DNA of 54,561 nt, filler included, from Sluysia triapertura (lineage: Eukaryota), in NCBI GenBank assembly GCA_046118255.1. It is 4 parts of 4 records of this genome, joined end to end, with 100 filler letters (N's around TTAATTAATTAA, not from the genome) between each part and the next. Parts side by side here need not be neighbours in the genome. Positions count along the whole stretch, not along the records: positions 38,415 to 54,561 come from JBJNIA010209591.1; 3 more parts are not named here. One strand, given 5' to 3'. This document shows positions 38,415 through 49,837 of the stretch, piece by piece. The notes beneath the pieces were generated by a model. That model saw only the letters and a program-made list of their open reading frames with translations. It was not told the origin of the DNA and did not search any database. The position numbers and the translations under genes were made by a program. The stretch's first letter is position 1; every line of letters begins with the position of its first letter.

Positions 38415-39473
38415 TATTACAGTTCATTATAATACCTTATCTTAGTTCTTTAATAACGTTCAACTTATTATATTATTCCAAGTTTTGACCCTTATATCAA
38501 CCTTTATCCTTCACTAATCTCAACACATATTTCAATTCTATTATTACAATTATTTTTAATCAATAAAATTTTATAAAAATCTATTTTTTAGTTACAAAAC
38601 TAATGCATGTTGAATTTATTTTTAGAATTTTAGATGTATGAAGAATCACAAAATTTTTTACAAAATATAAAAAGTGTGCGTGTTTATTTTTAGAATTGAA
38701 ACATATTTAGAATGTACATATTGATTATTGACAAAAATATAATTCAATATATTTAAAATTAATCACAAATAAAATTAAAGTCATGAAAAAATCAACACAT
38801 TTTTAGATAAAACTATACGTGACTACTTTTAATTAAGTATCAGATAAATTCTTTTATTGCTAAGGCTTTTTCAACAAAGTGACTCACATTTCTAAACCAT
38901 CCCTAAAAATTAAAACAACAAGAACCAGATAGACAAACTTAGAAAACATTTCTCTCTTCCAGCATCAGATATGGGCATTAATTTTTTTAGAATATCCAGT
39001 CTGATTTTGCTGGTACAAGCTCATTAATGTATTTTTGATCGAGATCATAATTTATTTAGTAATGTAGCTTTCCAATTAAAAAGTGAAAATGTACGATTTT
39101 TCATTTCTAGGAAAGTTAAACAATTGAAACGTTTGATTGCGTTTAAAAATTAATGTATTTATGCTTAGTTTAATAATACTTGATCAAAATTCGAAAAATG
39201 AAGTGATTGTGGAACGAATGAAACTGACTAAGATTAGATTAGTTAAATGTCAGCAGTTATTTAAAGATACTAAGTCAAAAGAAGTTGATGAATCATTTCG
39301 TTTTCTGAGTGATGCAGTTTGTGGAAATTTACTGTTTAATTTAAAACAATGCACAAAATATCGATGAACAAACTAACAACAGCAATCATTCAATAATGTT
39401 ATCTATTCTCGTAACACATCAGTTAGCATTTCATATTCAAAGTTTTGTCATTATTGAGAATGATTGTTATAGT

Positions 39474-39830
39474 GAACTCTAAATCTACACATCACAAATC
39501 GACACTTCATACATAAATAAAATGCTAAACAAATTACACGATACCTTCTAAACAAAACACAGTCATAATTTATAATTATCATAAATTTATAGTTATTGTT
39601 ATAATAATTACTTACACAATAATTACTCTTATAATAATTTTCATATTATAGTAATAATTTTCACAATAATAATAATAACAACATTTCTGTATTATAATTT
39701 TTTAATTATTATGATAACTGTTTTGTCACAATTACTTTCTTATTTATTTCCCATCTTTTTTGTATGTATGTATGCATGTTTATTTTTGTGCATATTTTAT
39801 TGTTCCTCTTATCCCATCACAGTGCATAAT
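39474..39830 (+). repeat. Module X copy
   Basis: 23-bp identity with the 4.7-kb copy; reads TLNLHIT / MLNKLHDTF. Confidence 0.75.
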
Positions 39831-39879
39831 CGATTAAATGATATAAAAATTTATCTAATATACATTGTTGCAAAATAAA

Positions 39880-40215
39880 ATGAATCATCCATTTTCAAAA
39901 ATTAATTGCACTGATCAAACAACAGAAAATTATCCAAAACATTGAAGATTGGAACTGAAGCTGCAAATCATTCCATTGATGAATGCATGTCTCAAGTTGA
40001 AAAATATTGCCAGAAAGAATCTACGCATTCTCTTGCAAAATTGAGCTACTAATGCACCTCCATTTTATTATACTCAAATTAAATTAAAAAGAAGAATCAC
40101 ATTAACATCAGACGATTCTAATGTTTTCAATCAAATTGCCATTAATTATCCTAATGTTATTGTTTATGATAGTAATCAGAATTCTAAACGGCATTACGAA
40201 TTAGGTCTTTTATAA
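39880..40215 (+). pseudogene. Frameshifted ORF of unknown function downstream of module X
   Basis: MNHPFSKINCTDQ / KTLKIGTEAANHSIDECMSQVEKYCQKE / ATNAPPFYYTQIKLKRR...YELGLL* in three successive frames. Confidence 0.4.
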
Positions 40216-42315
40216 ACATGTCTAAGTATTCAAAACATTACAATTTTCTTTTTAATAAAGAATTTCAAAATTATTTCACTATTCAAGTTGGGTTTTTATT
40301 TATCCTTTTGACATAAGCTATTCGCAGTAATGTGTTTCATTTAAAAAATTATTGCTTTATATTACTTTGCAAAACTTAAAATGACTCTGGATACTTTTTT
40401 CTGTCAATAAATATATATATACTCACGTACTTCATATATACTTAAAATAAATGTAAACAATTAGGCTTTCAATACAAATTCTGTAAAACGATACTATTCC
40501 TCAATATCTTTAAGTTACTTTATAATAGATTCTCAACTTTATTCTTAAATAATAATTTAAATATCCTCACTTATATGAATCGGTAAAACTCCCGACTAAG
40601 TCTAAAGTGCACTTTGCAAATCAAGAAATTATTGTTAAAAATATAACAGAAATTTCAGAAATTTTATCCGATTTATCACAAAATGAGAGTTATCAACTTT
40701 TTTTAGTAAAGTGTTGAATTTTTTGAATACTGCTTACAGTACATTTGAAGCAAGACAACATTTTAATTAGAATTTTACTCTTTAATTTTTCTGTAACTGT
40801 TCTTTAGTTAAAATTATTAATTTGCGTAATAGGAATTATATTTGTCTTAACTTTTTATTTATTACTTTTTCAATTCAAAGATAAAATTTTACATCTATTT
40901 ACAAGTGATAACAAAATTAAAATTATTGTAAAATAACATTAAGATTATTCAAGGAATTGGTTTAGAAATTGAAATAAATTCCTACTATGTTCGATTAAAC
41001 GGTATTAAGGTTGAAATAAACGGTAGCCATTCTTATAAACTTATCTAATAAAGACAGAAATAGGACTAACAAATATTACTTGGAATATGATTTTAAGATA
41101 AATTAATTTCCGACTAAAATTAAGTTCTCATACAGTTTTCAATTAATCACAATTGAGAATTTTCGTCACAAAGTAATTAAGGTCCATTTTAATTTATACC
41201 ATATATACATTTGAAAATATAAGTTCAAATCAAACAGGTTAAAGTTCATAACATGATTTATAACAGTGATAATCTTTTTGTAAGATTTTTCAAGTTACAA
41301 ATATTAGATTGTTTCATGTTCAATAAGATTCATTAAATCAAATTTCAAATTATTCTATAATTTAACATTATCCTTTCACGTCGGCCATACTACTAGATAT
41401 TTAATATTCTCTTTTGATTAATGATTCCTTTGTCTATGGATCCTTTTCGGGTGATATTTACATCTACACCATCATTAGTATCAGAAAATACTATTTATTT
41501 AATTCCAAAAATAATCAGTTTTCTCTACATATCTTTTTTATGTATTTTTATGTATATAATATGTATATTTTCTGGACATTAGTTAATTATAATTTATTTT
41601 ATAGTACTGGCTTTGCAATTATATACGCCTTGATAGTTAGTATTTGCTTGTGCTTTTTAGTATTAATTTTTAGCTGCTTTTATGTTTTATTTGTGCTTGT
41701 GTTTTTATGAGCGGACTATCTCTTTGTTTTTTTTTATACTTCTGCTTTTTTGTTGTATTGTTTAAAGGTCTTTCTAATAATTTTTTTGTTATTCATTTAA
41801 AGTTTTCTGAAAATTCTTTTCTATTCTGAAAAATTTACTACCCTTTTAGGCATTTTAAAGTAAGTGCAATACTTTTTTTTGGTTTATCTTATAATTATAT
41901 GATTTCAGTTTTATATTTTTATGATTTTTTATTCGAAAAACCGTTTGCAAAATTTTTATATTTAAAAGATACGTTTTTTAGTTTCTATAGTCTTCCCGTT
42001 TAATTCGCAGCTTTCCTTATTGTTAATTAAGTTTAGTGAATTCTATTCCACATTCTTATCAATCTATTTTCGCTTTCTTTCTTTTATTCTAAAAACTAGA
42101 ACTTTTGAATTATTTTAAGATATAATTTTAAATTAAATTTTAAAGCTTCTCTTACAGATTGAATATATATTTATTAAAAAAAAGTTCATTATTTAAGGGA
42201 TAGTATAACATGTGGTGGTCTTATTTTAAAAAATTGTTAAATTTATTATAAAAATTAAATACATCCAATAATGATAATATATTAATTATAATTATAAAAA
42301 ATAATATAATTTTAG

Positions 42316-45300
42316 AGATTATCAAAAATATTCAAAACTAGCTGCATATCCATTTCTATTGAAAATGTTACAAGATGTTGAAAAAAGGTATATTTTTATG
42401 AATTAAATAATGTATGTTTAATAATTATTATTGATTATTTATTATAATTTTAAAAGATAAATAATAAATATATAAAATATAAATTTAAGCTGAAATTACA
42501 CTGGAGAGTTTCCAAATTTATATTTTGTAAAATATATTTAAATTAAAACGTGCGATTGAGTTTACAGTAAATTACAAAAAGTTGTGATATTTTACAAGCA
42601 ACATCCCGAAAAGGAGGTGAGTATGCTTATTTCATGATTAATTTTTAGTTTTTTTGCAACATTAAAAAATGAGAAGTATAAAAATTCCGTTCATCATGAT
42701 GGTAACTTTTTTATTCTTTTGAACAAATCTTTCGATTTGGAACCAGAAATTTGTTCAGTTTCAATTTTATATAATCAAATTCTCTGTTTCTGTAATCTGC
42801 AAACAAAATTTTAAGACATTTTAGTTAATATCAGGACTAAATATATCTACTGAAAAACCTCTGATTATCTTCAAACTAAGATCAGTATTGTTCGATTTGT
42901 GTAATATTATCAATTCGAAAGTTTAATGATTTTGTTCGGATCTTAAGGTTGCTATCAAACATATGCTTATCAGTCTTGCCTAAGCAAGATAAACTTAAAA
43001 ATAACAAACTTACGAAATACGAATATAAAAACTTTTCTTGTAAGTAATCTAATCTGATCTGTAATTGAATTTTACATCACAATATCACAAATAAAGTTCA
43101 GTTATTTAAATGTTCTAACTAGTCGGCCTGCCAATACCGTCACAATTATTTTACATATCAATTATTGATATTCTTTGTCTTTGCAAGATTTGTAACGATA
43201 ATTAGTATAAAAGTATTGCAATTGTCAAATTGTAATACAAAGTGGGCCTTATGCCCTAGAAATAAAATAATTCAATAAAAGGTATTAGCGCACGTCCTAA
43301 ATGTAAATAATTATTTTATTGAAATTTGAGCATATGACCTAAAAACAAAAGTAGCAAAATATTTAATGTTTAGATGGCGCGTGGCCAACAGCACAGATTG
43401 GTTTTATGAAGATAGAAAATTAGTTTTCTCAATTAAACCATATAATCAAAACCATTCTGTCATTGTTAGACAATGCAATCATTCAAAATATTTTAGTACA
43501 CCAATTTTAGACTCCACAAACTAGGAGTTCAACATACAACAATGAAGATTTGTTCAGGATGGACTGAAAGTCAAGTTTTCGCTTGATTATTTGCCCGAAA
43601 TAACAAAAATAAGCATTTCTTCTATAAATACCGTTATAAAATACTCTGAAAATTACAATATCGATTTAAGACATTGAACAGAACAATTACAGGTGGCCCT
43701 AAAAACAGGTCTATTTTGTGGTGTACTATGCTCCGAAACCAATATATTATTATAAAAATTAAATACTTTCTACTTTGTTTTGATAACTGTCTATATTGTT
43801 TTTATGCAGTTTATAGCTGTTTATATTGTGTTTGTAAAAGTGAATAGCATTGTATGAATGGCTTAGAGATCCAATTTTTTACCTTAAATAATCAATATTT
43901 CATATAATTTATTTAATATAAATATTAATTTTAAATAATAATTATTTTTATATACTAGTTTATTACATAATTCTATGTATCCATTTAAATGCGACCAAAA
44001 ATTAAAATGTTAAGTAAACAAAACTAACTAGTACTTGTCTACCGAAGCTTGAATAATTTATAAAGCAAATGACGGATGTACAAATATGAATAGGTCTATT
44101 CTCAGTGGAAACCTGGATAATGAATTTACTGTCGAATTCATATTAGATCCATTTCGATTGCCTAGTCGTACATTAGCAACTAGGAGGGAGATAGATACAA
44201 CTGATATAAAATAAACATTAAAGCGAGTACAAGTGATTATTAAATTAAAGGTTAAAAATTGCGCTAATTAATGTCGCCACTGTTTCCAGGATTACATTAT
44301 TCGATTCAAAAAATGTGATTCCAGAGAAATAGCAATTTTAATAAGTATTTTAATTGCATATATTGGTTTTTATATTGAAATAATGCTAGTAACAATGATA
44401 ATAAAATATTTCAAGGTTTTCAAAATTGGCCAGATAAAATTAAAAATGATTTTTGAAACAAGTATTCAAGTTCCGCATTAATAATCAATTTATTACTGCA
44501 TATAGCACAATACAAAAATGAATAGACATTGTGATGGTTTAATGTAGAGAATATGACTAAACATTTGAAATCAAGCTACTATAATTGATTATTTGTATAA
44601 TTGATTTTATTTTTTTAAAATTTACTATTAAAACTTATAAATATTATATTTTCTCATTAACTTATTAAAGGAAATTGTTCTGTCATTTAGTAAATTAAAA
44701 AGAAACACTATTAAAAACCTAAGTTTATTAATATTACAAAGAATGTCAATGTTAATTGATTTTCCCATATGCGTCATGCCGGGCCATGTTTATAAATTAC
44801 TTTAATTTCGACTGATGTAGATTCTTCGGACTGTAGTATTTCGAGCGACGTTGTTTATGGGGACTGTGCCAAAATAAAATTATCTATGTATTGCAGTAAA
44901 GTTTTTATACGATTACAATGACTATAGTAGATTGCCAAGTTGATTTCCAATCCATTAAGCTCTTGAATGGAATGTAAGTATTGACAATTAATACCGTGCT
45001 TTTGACAAACCCCAGAATGTGTCATCTGATAAGGGCATAATCCCGTCTTGTAATGTTCATTTAAGTTTGAATTCTGAATTGAATCATGATGCCTGGGATT
45101 GAAATTATTTACTGGGGTTGTAGATTGTTTAATATTAACATTATGGTTCTACACTTTCGATGTCTAATTTTATGTAGTTAGATTCAGTACTAAATCGCAT
45201 TAATGTTTCACTTGACATTCTACAAAGTACTTCGTTTTATAATATCATTTGACATATCACAAACTAATTCGACTTCAACAAATTGTGGATCATGTAGCAG

Positions 45301-45723
45301 AAATAAGAACTTCTTTACGATCTGATAATAGCATTTTGTTACACAATTTTGCATTCGTTTAAAATTCCTTTTGTTTTTATTCATCCTTTTATCACTAGAC
45401 TTTGTTGATTTGTATTGTGTTTATTTTGCTTGTAATTCGAATTAGGCACATTCGATTTATCTTCATTATTAATGCCATTTGGCAATTGTTGACTGTTTTC
45501 TTCATTTTTTACTAGATGTATTATCAATTTTCATTTTAGTTTCTTCGCCTGATAAATCCGAAAGGTGTTCGGCAGTCGATATTTTCACAAATAACTGATG
45601 CATTTCAGGACCTTTTTTAAACTTACAACATAATCAAACCTTTCAAGAATCACATCTTGTCCTTTTATTATAATTTAATACTCATTCTTAAACCGAATCA
45701 TCTTTAGTTAGATGCTTTTCTAG

Positions 45724-45773
<50 letters not shown>

Positions 45774-46406
45774 ATGTATATTATACATTCTTAAAGAATT
45801 ATAAATTACACAATGATTAATGAGTTCAACAGGAGATATAATAATAATCATAATCACAAAATTTGTGAATCCGACATTTTTTGAAGAACAGTGTTTTATA
45901 TTTTCAGAAAAGAAACCGTAGATATATACATGGGTCATGATCTTACAATGACATATATTCTGAATGCATTGGATTTACGTCATACTACAGATCCATCTAT
46001 ATTAAACTTAGTTTATTCTCAACCAAACTATGCTAGTCGCATGATTATGGAAGTGTATGCACCGATTTTACGTGATAATTCAGAAAATAATGTCGGTATT
46101 GGCACATCGAATGAAGTTTCACGATTGAGATCCGATAATTTAAAACAGAATAATAAAAAAACAAAACATAAAGTAAAGCAAAATAAAGCGACAAAACCAA
46201 AAATTAGAGTTGAGAAATCAAATTTGCGATTTCGATTAATATACAACGGAATAGATATTACTAATTATCTTCAATTTTGTTCTATATATAATGAGACATT
46301 CGGTTGCAATCTTGATTCATTCAAGCATTATTTGAATTCAAATGACGGTTATTGGAAGTTATTTTCAAATAGCAATTATTCTGTACAATGTCAGACTACA
46401 TCATAG
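42316..46406 (+). CDS. PXYLP1: 2-phosphoxylose phosphatase 1 / ACPL2-like histidine acid phosphatase, last two exons (42316-42387, 45908-46406)
   Basis: YMGHDLTMTYILNAL (HD motif), PNYASRMIMEVY and RLIYNGIDIT..FC..CNLDSF match the PXYLP1 C-terminus. The upstream exon YSKLAAYPFLLKM joins in phase 2 across a 3.5-kb GT-AG intron. The RHG exon is not seen. Confidence 0.8.
43373..44340 (+). pseudogene. Degraded coding-like segments inside the PXYLP1 intron
   Basis: ~110-codon frame RWRVANSTDWFYEDRK...LDYLPEI...VALKT with 3 stops, bounded by AG/GT; a second segment KANDGCTNMN...CRHCFQDY at ~44060-44335. Confidence 0.4.
44780..45700 (-). pseudogene. Unkempt-type CCCH family gene, copy 3, antisense inside the PXYLP1 intron
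   Basis: HYKTGL-C-PYQMTHSGV-C-QKHGIN-C-QYL-H-SIQEL (finger 44972-45037). Downstream FYFGTVPINNVAR and AAA|GTAATT match copy 2. Not in the supplied ORF track. Confidence 0.75.
45725..45770. repeat. (TTA)n microsatellite
   Basis: Directly visible. Confidence 0.95.
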
Positions 46407-46519
46407 CATTGTTTAAATGTTAGTATTATTTTTAACAAATATCTAAATACTATAGAGTAATTGGTTGTATAAATACATAAAACAAAAATTGTTCTAAAAT
46501 GTTTTATGCTGTAGGGAAT

Positions 46520-46880
46520 TCATCACATAAAATCCATCACATTCCATCACATAAAAACACTCCACATGTACACAGACTATTAAACAAACTACTAAACTCA
46601 TTTAAGAACAAACACGACCATCACATCTAATTATCATGAACTATCGCTATTATTATTACGATTCAGATCATATTAAAATATATGTAAAAATTATAGTCAT
46701 TATTGTTATATAATATAAATACCAAATAATAACTTTTATAATAATTTTCATGATAAAATTTCATAATAAATTTCAACAATTCTGTATTAATAAACATAAT
46801 AACTACATAATTGTTATCATTATTATTATTTCTTTTATCCTTATTATCAATCTATCTCTCTGTTTGTTTTAATTTTTTTA
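46520..46880 (+). repeat. Module X copy (diverged)
   Basis: Reads HRLLNKLLNSFKNKH; CT.TTATAATAATTTTCAT is shared with ~39627; ends in a pyrimidine tract. Confidence 0.6.
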
Positions 46881-46884
46881 TACG

Positions 46885-48085
46885 ACACCATATATTTGAT
46901 CCTAATTTGTCTTCATCTTTACTAAATTCTATTAAACAAGCCCAGATAAATGCCGTTGAACGAAATCAAGGAGATAGTTTAAATAATCAAAATAATGGTA
47001 CAACTACATCACAAAACAATGTATCATCCCCATCTATAATATCTAATGAAGATGAATTTAATAAATTTTGAATCAAAACATTGTGAAATATGAGAAACAA
47101 AATGCAAAAAGAACTTTATGAGTGCAGTTTTAAGAACAGAAATAAATTGTGTAATGATATGTCAATATTAACAAATAATTTAAGATGTTCGGATTTAACT
47201 GATCACATAAGGGATGATGATCAAGAAATAACTGAATTGTGTAGTAGATCATCCTCTTGTGGACATTACTTTGATTCACCAAGAATGGATGTTTAATAAA
47301 TCATTTTAATGTGGATAAAATCGTTTCGATCTTAAATGGCCGTAGAAAAGATACACTTAAAACCTCATCAACGACAGCTTCATCCAAAAATGTTCCAATT
47401 GTATTGAATTCAAATAATTCCAATAAGCATCTTATCAGTTCTCTTTCATATTCCAACTTATCACCAAATACCAATGCTCCCACGTCGATTATGTCAGGAC
47501 CGTGACCAATATTTGTCTCACAGCAACAACAAATTAAGAAACCTTCACAATATATTGTGTTATTATCAAATGCACCATCTCCTGGAACAAACAGTTCCTT
47601 CAGTTCAGTAAGCACCAGTTCAGTAAGTAAGGTAACAATTCAACACGACTTATTCACCATTCTTCTGCTGCATTACTACATAGCAACAGTGCACCTTTAC
47701 TTCAGTTTCAGACTCAGCCACAGTCACCTATAGTAACTCACCACCAGCTCAAGTTAAAATAGTCAGTCTTCAGTCTAACAATCATAGCACGGTACCACCT
47801 GCATTGCGCATATCATCAATTTCTCGTAATTCCTCGGTCAACTGTATTAGTTCGACTTTTGCAAAGAATACACCAAATACAAGTACTACCAACAATATTC
47901 CAGTTGTAAGAATGGTGCCTGCTCAAAGTGTACGAACTACTGGATTACCGCGTTTTGTTCAATCAGCCGTAAGTCCCGTATCATCTACTAACATTACCCA
48001 TGTCTTTAATAATAAAATTAATAATTCTAATAACAATACCGCGTCTAATCGAAATATTTATGAAGAAGTAATAGAAATTGACTAA
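46885..48085 (+). pseudogene. Intronless disabled gene: Cys/acidic N-terminal part and S/T/N/P/Q-rich disordered C-terminus
   Basis: ORFs 46811, 47090, 47311 and 47804 are linked by in-frame TGA stops and about three frameshifts without introns (~400 aa in total). Family not recognised. Confidence 0.6.
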
Positions 48086-48426
48086 TACATTTTGTATTTA
48101 AATTTATTACTTTTGTTATTGTTTGGTTTTTATTGATGTGCTAATATATATACATACATACATATATATATATATACAAAAGTTTAGGATGCAATAATTT
48201 AATGTGGAATTTGTTTATAGTAGAAGAACATTTAAAATAAAAATATTAAACCGCATAATTATAATCGTGGAAAAATGTCTAATTCTAGTAACATATTGAT
48301 TATATTTTTACTTGATTAAGGATATATTTTAGAGTTATTTAAGTATACAAAAAATTAAAAATTTAAAAAAAATCAATATTGGTAAAAATAAATTTGTTTG
48401 TTTATGGCTAGTAATTTGTTTGGATA

Positions 48427-49030
48427 ATGGCTGGATTAATAACGTTACCATTATTATTTACAACTGTATTAACATGCACAGACTCATCTATGAATTTTGG
48501 ATATACTATCGCTGTATTAAGTAATTTGGAACTCTTCAAGGACAAAATTATCTACGAAACTCATTCAACAAAATTTTCATGTTTTGATGACTGTGGTAAA
48601 AATTGTTACCCGATAAATGACTCATTAAATCGGATTTGCTCAGATAGCCATCGATCATATAATCTAAAGACAAAGATACTCATATTGTAAATTATAATAA
48701 GTGTGCTACGTCAAGACAGAATCATATGACGACTCAAACTCAGATGAATGTTTCTAACTGTCGACAAGATGAAACTAAAGATAGAATGATGCTTTTATCG
48801 AAATATGTACGAACAATTAAAAATCCTATTATAAAGTATAGTGATAATTTGTTTAATCCAATGTCAACTGATTCCATGTTTCATGGTGCAGTGCCATTCC
48901 CAACTAATAAGTCACTTTATCCTCCAAGTATTCAGTATAATTTGTCATCATTACAATGTCAAAGGCCTCTCAATATCAATGACATACATTTCTCACATGA
49001 AAATTCTCGTTCCAAGCTTTTCCCTAAAAA
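48427..49030 (+). pseudogene. Cys-rich ORF with signal-peptide-like N-terminus, broken into two frames
   Basis: MAGLITLPLLFTTVLTC...SCFDDCGKNCYP..RICSD; continues in ORF 48726; followed by the LTR-like repeat. Confidence 0.5.
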
Positions 49031-49260
49031 CGTATTTTTATATTTGTTGTTAATTACACATTTGTTTTATTGTTCTTTGTTTTTTTAACGAGATAACATA
49101 TTTTGTTAAGCTTTTAAATTTCCTAGTTATTTCAGGCCTTAAGCCTATTTTGTTAGAAATTTTAAAATTAATATTTAATTCATTTCTAATTGTAAGGTTT
49201 AAGTTAAACTGTTTGTTTTTTTATTAATGTTTATAATTTACTTATTAAACTTTTAAAAAA
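49030..49260 (+). repeat. LTR/3'UTR-like dispersed repeat
   Basis: 17-bp identity with 30823. Confidence 0.45.
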
Positions 49261-49319
49261 AGATTAAAAATGTATTCAAATTAAATAAATTTTCGCCCTC
49301 CACACAAAAATAAAAAGGT

Positions 49320-49801
49320 CATTCATCAAGGGTAGAGCAGGTAAAAGATCATGTGATAGAAGTGTTCACATATTCGATTGGTATTTTGGAATTTGAAAAG
49401 ATCTTAAAAGAGCTTAAATTCAAAAACATTTCCGAAGGAACCCTTAAAAAGTAACGTATGACCTTTAATTTAGGTCCTACACAATTCACAGTTTGCGAAT
49501 TTAGTGGTATTAATATTAAAAAGGCTTATAAGTCATTACACGGAAATGTAATTGCTAGTTTGCGATCCAAGATATCAACTTGATTTGTAATTATGTAGAC
49601 TACGGGCAAACCACGATTCATATAAGAGACCAGCTGACCAGCAGTTGATCGAATAAATGACATATCATGTATCTGCAATAATTCGAAGCATCTTATTGTG
49701 TAGGGATCAGTGGTATCAGATATTGGAATATCGCTAATTCTTATATCTCGCCAAACGCAGAATTTATCAATGTTGGGATTTCCTAAAGTTAACAACGGCA
49801 T
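49320..49801 (-). pseudogene. Accessory ORF downstream of the env-like ORF
   Basis: ORF 49526-49801 continues as SQTVNCVGPK...KIPIEYVNTSI/DLLPAL; homologous to 29712-30402. Confidence 0.55.
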
Positions 49802-49837
49802 TGAATTACTTAGAGATTGTCATTTCTCATATTTTAT

